Below, in pieces: positions 59,768 through 64,000 of a stretch of 64,000 bases of DNA. A program made the translations under genes and the position numbers. The notes beneath the pieces are model-generated. The model saw only the letters and a list, made by a program, of their open reading frames with translations, did no database searches and was not told the origin of the DNA. The stretch lies in assembly GCA_963716725.1 (NCBI GenBank), contig CAVQUB010000009.1:192001-256000 (forward strand), in the 5' to 3' direction. The DNA is from an uncultured delta proteobacterium (lineage in GTDB: Bacteria > Myxococcota_A > Polyangia > Polyangiales > Polyangiaceae). Each line of letters begins with the position of its first letter. Within the stretch, counting starts at the first letter, position 1.

Positions 59768-59806
59768 GCATCGCACAGGGTCAGCTGGCAAGGGGCAGCG
59801 GGCGCC

Positions 59807-60862
59807 TCACCCTGGCCCGATGAAGTACGCGCGGTTCAGCTTGGCGTCGAACCAGGCCGCTCGCATCTTCGTGGAAGTCGGCGCGGTGGCCTTGCCCGCG
59901 AAGAACGGCGCGGACGCCGCCGGCCACGACTTCCAGACGGCCGCTGCATCGAGCTGGTAGACCATGCCGTTCGAGTAACCGTAGTAGCCGAGGAAGTAGT
60001 TGGCGGTGCCGTGCAACGCGGGATCTCGAACCTCGAAATCCCAGAGGATCGTGCCCGTGCCGTGCGGAGCGGCTGGCGCCGGGTCGTCCTTCATCGTGAC
60101 CTTGGTCACGTAGACGACGGAATCGTCCGAGTTGTAGTCGTAGAGCACCGCCGTCGGGTTCGCGACGAAGGTGAGCCCCTCGACCAGTGCTGGTGAGCTT
60201 GGCGGCGACGCGAGGTGGTACACCGATCCGAGCGCGAGCCCGCTAAGCGCCGGGAACTTGCTCGTGGTGTTGACCGGCGCTTGCCAAGTGCCGCCCTTTC
60301 GCACGTGGAGCTTGCCGGCGTCCGTGAACACGAGCAATCGATCGAAGTGCTCGAGCTGCGTCACCGCGCTAATCCCCGTGGCCGGTGGCGCGTTCGCCCC
60401 GCTCCAAGCGAGGTCGAGCGACGTCGGAGCAGACCAGGTGCCATTGCTCCAGTTGAATGCGTGAAGCGTCCAGCCCGGCGTGCCGCCGCTCGACGTTCCG
60501 CCGCCGCCGCTCGGTGCTCCGCCACCGCTCGGTGCTCCGCCGCCGCTTGGTGCTCCGCCGCCGCTTGGTGCTCCGCCGCCGCTTGGTGCTCCGCCGCCGC
60601 TCGGTGCTCCGCCACCGCTCGGTGCTCCGCCACCGCTCGGTGCTCCGCCACCGCTCGGTGCTCCGCCACCGCTCGGTGCTCCGCCGCTGCTCGCGCCGCC
60701 GGCGCCGTCGGGCCAGGCGCCGTCGCCGATCGAGGCGCCGCTCCCCCCGTTGCTGGCGCCGCCTGTCGCGGGACCGCTTTCGGAGCTCCCGAGCTCCAGG
60801 CAGCCCGAGAACAGGATCACCCCCACCGCAGCCGCAAACCCGAGCCGAGCCGTCAAGCGCAT
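59807..60862 (-). CDS. Lipoprotein with (SGGGAP)n linker
   Basis: FSGC lipobox; repeat linker; aromatic beta-rich C-domain. Confidence 0.8.
   Translation of the reverse strand: MRLTARLGFAAAVGVILFSGCLELGSSESGPATGGASNGGSGASIGDGAWPDGAGGASSGGAPSGGGAPSGGGAPSGGGAPSGGGAPSGGGAPSGGGAPSGGGAPSGGGAPSGGGAPSGGGGTSSGGTPGWTLHAFNWSNGTWSAPTSLDLAWSGANAPPATGISAVTQLEHFDRLLVFTDAGKLHVRKGGTWQAPVNTTSKFPALSGLALGSVYHLASPPSSPALVEGLTFVANPTAVLYDYNSDDSVVYVTKVTMKDDPAPAAPHGTGTILWDFEVRDPALHGTANYFLGYYGYSNGMVYQLDAAAVWKSWPAASAPFFAGKATAPTSTKMRAAWFDAKLNRAYFIGPG
60503..60688 (-). repeat. 18-bp coding tandem repeat, about 10 copies
   Basis: CCGCTYGGTGCTCCGCCR units on the + strand. Confidence 0.95.
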
Positions 60863-61054
60863 CTCCCTACGATACGCCGGTCGAACTCAAAGGTCACTCC
60901 GGCGGCCGCCGCGCCGCAGAGACTGCGGTCAGAGCGTCGTACCCCGCAGTCGATGCGTGTGGGGCCCGCGCAATGGCCACGGGCTGCGCGGATTCTTCGG
61001 CGGCTGCTGACCCGGCGCTTGTCGGGCACGAATCGTGCTGTACAAAGGAGCGCG

Positions 61055-62368
61055 ATGCGAGAGCTCAAACGAGTCGTGGTCTTGGGAGCCAACGGGACGA
61101 TGGGAGCGGGCGCGAGCGGGCTGTTCGCGGCGAACGGGTTCGACGTGACGATGCTCGCGCGAACCTTGGACAAGGCTCGCCAGGGGCTCGGCAAGGCGAA
61201 GGAGGCGCTGCGGACGGACGTGCTCGAAGCGCGGGTGCGCTGCGGCACCTACGACGCCGATTTGGAGCGCGTCGTCTCGGAGGCTGATTTGATCTTCGAA
61301 GCGGTCTCCGAAGACCTCGCCATCAAGTTGCCCTTCCTCGATCGCATCGACAAAGCGCGCAGCCCCGGATCGCTCGTCGCCACCGTCTCGAGCGGGCTCA
61401 GCATCGCCAAGATGTGTGAAGGGCGAAGCGACGACTTCCGCCGTCACTTCATGGGCATGCACCTCTTCAATCCGCCCCACGTCATCGTCGGCACCGAGAT
61501 GATCCCCGGCCCGGACACCGATCCCGAGGTCTTCCGCGACATGTGCACCTTCGCCGAGCGGCGGCTCGGCCGCGCGGTGGTCGAGTGCCGCGACATGCCG
61601 GCCTTCGCCGGCAACCGCGTGGGATTCAAGCTGCTCAACGAGTGCACGCTGCTCGCCGAAGAGCACGGCGTCTCGAACATCGACTACTGGATCGGGCGTC
61701 ACACCGGTCGCGCCTTGGCGCCGCTCGCCACCATCGATCTCGTCGGCTGGGACGTGCACGACGCTATCGTGCAGAACCTCTACGCCAACACCTCCGACGA
61801 GGCGCACGCGCTGTTCCGCATGCCGGAGTACATGTTGCGGCTGATGGACCAGGGGCACCTGGGCAACAAGACCCCGGCCGAAGGCGGCTTCTATCGTCGG
61901 ATCACCGACGCCAACAAGAACCGCATGATCTCGGTGCTCGACCCCAAGACCGGGAGCTACTCCGAGGGCGCCGCGCCACCGCCCGAGAAGGTGGCCTTCA
62001 TCGAAGAGATGAAGGGCCTGCACGCCGTCGGCCGCTACCAGGACGCCATGCGCCTGTTGCTCGGCGCACCGGGCACCGAAGGCGAAATCGCGCGGCGGGT
62101 GATCGTCGGTTACGTGAGCTACGCGCTCAATCGCGTGGGCGCAGCCCAGGTCGTGCAGACACCGGCGGCCGTGGACTCGATCATGGGCAACGGCTTCAAC
62201 TGGGCACCACCGAGCGTGCTCGTCGACCTGTGGGGCAGAGACGCGACCATCGGCGCCATGCAGCAGCTCGGTCTGAAGGTGCCCGCGGTGGTCGAGGGGC
62301 TCGGCGCGGGGCAGCGGCTGTTCGCGGGATCGGCCGCGGGCGTCGGGCGATACTTCATCGGGAAGTGA
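61055..62368 (+). CDS. 3-hydroxyacyl-CoA dehydrogenase family protein
   Basis: VLGANGTMG, FEAVSEDL..K, HLFNPP, FAGNR, DLVGWDV. Confidence 0.9.
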   Translation: MRELKRVVVLGANGTMGAGASGLFAANGFDVTMLARTLDKARQGLGKAKEALRTDVLEARVRCGTYDADLERVVSEADLIFEAVSEDLAIKLPFLDRIDKARSPGSLVATVSSGLSIAKMCEGRSDDFRRHFMGMHLFNPPHVIVGTEMIPGPDTDPEVFRDMCTFAERRLGRAVVECRDMPAFAGNRVGFKLLNECTLLAEEHGVSNIDYWIGRHTGRALAPLATIDLVGWDVHDAIVQNLYANTSDEAHALFRMPEYMLRLMDQGHLGNKTPAEGGFYRRITDANKNRMISVLDPKTGSYSEGAAPPPEKVAFIEEMKGLHAVGRYQDAMRLLLGAPGTEGEIARRVIVGYVSYALNRVGAAQVVQTPAAVDSIMGNGFNWAPPSVLVDLWGRDATIGAMQQLGLKVPAVVEGLGAGQRLFAGSAAGVGRYFIGK

Positions 62369-62380
62369 GAGGAACGCGAC

Positions 62381-63631
62381 ATGTCGGTGAAGAAGAGCTC
62401 TCGTTCGGTGTTCGTGCTGGGTGGTTTCCAGACGGACTTCTCCCGCAACTGGACCAAAGAGGCGAAGCACATCGTCGCGATGATGCGCGAAGCCGTGCAA
62501 GGCGCGCTCGAAACGACCCGCATCGAGCCGAAGGAGCTCGAGGTCGCCCACGTCGGCAACTTCGCGGCGGAGCTGTACTGCATGCAGGGCCACCTGGGCG
62601 CCTTCGTGCTCGAGGTGGATCCGGCGCTGCGCGGGCTGCCGACCTCGCGCCACGAAGCGGCCTGCGCCTCGGGTTCCATCGCAGCCCTGGCGGCTGCCGC
62701 CGACATCGAAGCCGGGCGCTACGACGTGGCGCTGGTGCTCGGCGTCGAGCAGATGAAGACCGTCGACAGCAAGCGGGGCGGGGAGTTCCTGGGCACGGCC
62801 GCTTGGTACGATCGCGAGGCCAAAGGCATCGACTTTCCGTTTCCGAAGCTGTTCGGCAAGCTCGGAGACGAATACGAACGGCGCTACGGGCTGAAAGACG
62901 AGCACCTCGCGCGGATCGCGACGGTGAACTACGCCAACGCCAAGCTCAACCCCAACGCGCAGACCCGCAACTGGTTCATGAGCTACGAGCACGCCTGCGG
63001 AGCGGGCCCCTTCAACGCGCACGTGGGCGGGCGCATCAAGATCTCCGACTGCTCACAGGTCACCGACGGCGCGGCCGCCATCGTGCTCGCCTCGGAGGAA
63101 TTCGCGAAGAAGTGGGCTCAGCGCGCGGGGCTCGAGCTCTCGGCGGTGCCGAGGGTGCTCGGCTGGGGGCACCGAACCGCGCCCATTGAATTTTCCACGA
63201 AGGTCGAGGAGAGCCGAAACGATCCCTTCGTCTTGCCGCACACGCGCCGCGCCATCGTCGACGCCTTCGAGCGCGCCAGCCTCTCGGGAGTCGAGCAGAT
63301 CCACGCCATCGAGACCCACGACTGCTTCACCACCAGCGAGTACATGGCCATCGATCACTTCGGCCTGACCCCGCCGGGAAAGAGCTGGCAGGCGATCGAA
63401 GCGGGTGTGATCGAGATCGGCGGCAAGTGCCCGATCAACCCCAGCGGCGGCCTGATCGGCGCCGGTCATCCGGTGGGCGCCACCGGCACCCGCCAGCTGC
63501 TCGACGCCTGGCTCCAAGTCACGGGCAAGGCGGGCGACTACCAAGTGAACGGTGCGCGACGCGTGGCGACGCTCAACATCGGCGGATCGGGCACCACCAG
63601 CGTGGTGCACGTCGTCGGCTTCGGCAGCTGA
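62381..63631 (+). CDS. Thiolase (SCP2-type, HDCF motif)
   Basis: EAACASG, DGAAA, ETHDCF, GHPVGATG. Confidence 0.92.
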   Translation: MSVKKSSRSVFVLGGFQTDFSRNWTKEAKHIVAMMREAVQGALETTRIEPKELEVAHVGNFAAELYCMQGHLGAFVLEVDPALRGLPTSRHEAACASGSIAALAAAADIEAGRYDVALVLGVEQMKTVDSKRGGEFLGTAAWYDREAKGIDFPFPKLFGKLGDEYERRYGLKDEHLARIATVNYANAKLNPNAQTRNWFMSYEHACGAGPFNAHVGGRIKISDCSQVTDGAAAIVLASEEFAKKWAQRAGLELSAVPRVLGWGHRTAPIEFSTKVEESRNDPFVLPHTRRAIVDAFERASLSGVEQIHAIETHDCFTTSEYMAIDHFGLTPPGKSWQAIEAGVIEIGGKCPINPSGGLIGAGHPVGATGTRQLLDAWLQVTGKAGDYQVNGARRVATLNIGGSGTTSVVHVVGFGS

Positions 63632-63664
63632 GCTCGAGCGGCGCTCCCGACGGGCGTCCCTCGC

Positions 63665-64000
63665 CTACTTCTTGGGCTGCGTGAGGCAGATCCCTCCGCT
63701 GCTCGTCCAGTTGAGGCAGTCCACTTCGGCGCCGGACGGATCGTTGACCGTGGTGCCGCCGGGCTGTTCGATCTGCGGAGGCCCCGCCGCGCACTGGCAA
63801 TCCGGCAGCGTCGCGCGCCAGGCCGTCTCGCAGGCTTGAAGCTCAGCGAGGCGCGCCGCATCGACGCCCATCAGCAGCGTATTGCCGCAGCAGTCGGTCT
63901 GGTGAACCATGATGGCGCAAGATTGGCTCCCGCCGCACATCTTGAGCTGGTAGGCCGTGAACTCGCCGTTTGCGTCGAAGCACTTCAGGTATTCGCCGCC
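63665..64000 (-). CDS. Hypothetical Cys-containing protein, C-terminal part (start outside window)
   Basis: Frame stays open to the window edge (GGEYLKCFDANGEF...CLTQPKK*). Confidence 0.7.
   Translation of the reverse strand, partial: GGEYLKCFDANGEFTAYQLKMCGGSQSCAIMVHQTDCCGNTLLMGVDAARLAELQACETAWRATLPDCQCAAGPPQIEQPGGTTVNDPSGAEVDCLNWTSSGGICLTQPKK

Overview
A very GC-rich bacterial window with the hallmarks of Myxococcota (Polyangiaceae/Sorangiineae-like; the lineage is inferred): three MYXO-CTERM proteins, many Cys-rich or Gly-linker lipoproteins, TSP3 repeats and a eukaryote-like Ser/Thr kinase. Housekeeping and metabolic genes include corA, aguA/aguB, a CPA2 antiporter, tsaD, an iodotyrosine-deiodinase-type nitroreductase, a cNMP-GGDEF protein and a 3-hydroxyacyl-CoA dehydrogenase/thiolase pair. 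A compact eight-gene type II FAS-like cluster (FabD, enoyl reductase, FabH, FabA, FabZ, KS, ACP, PPTase) has two single-base frameshifts. Defence and mobile content: (1) a methyltransferase plus PD-(D/E)XK nuclease pair; (2) a ~2 kb integrase-less relic island in tRNA-Leu(TAG), bounded by a divergent but structure-preserving duplicate of the tRNA 3' half, holding a DUF4160-like TA pair and two gene remnants; (3) an Rpn-like nuclease with a candidate internal antitoxin start; (4) a MazF/RHH TA pair; (5) a HUH (RAYT-type) transposase preceded by a 51-bp hairpin-forming tandem array. All family calls are by motif recognition by eye; no searches were run.
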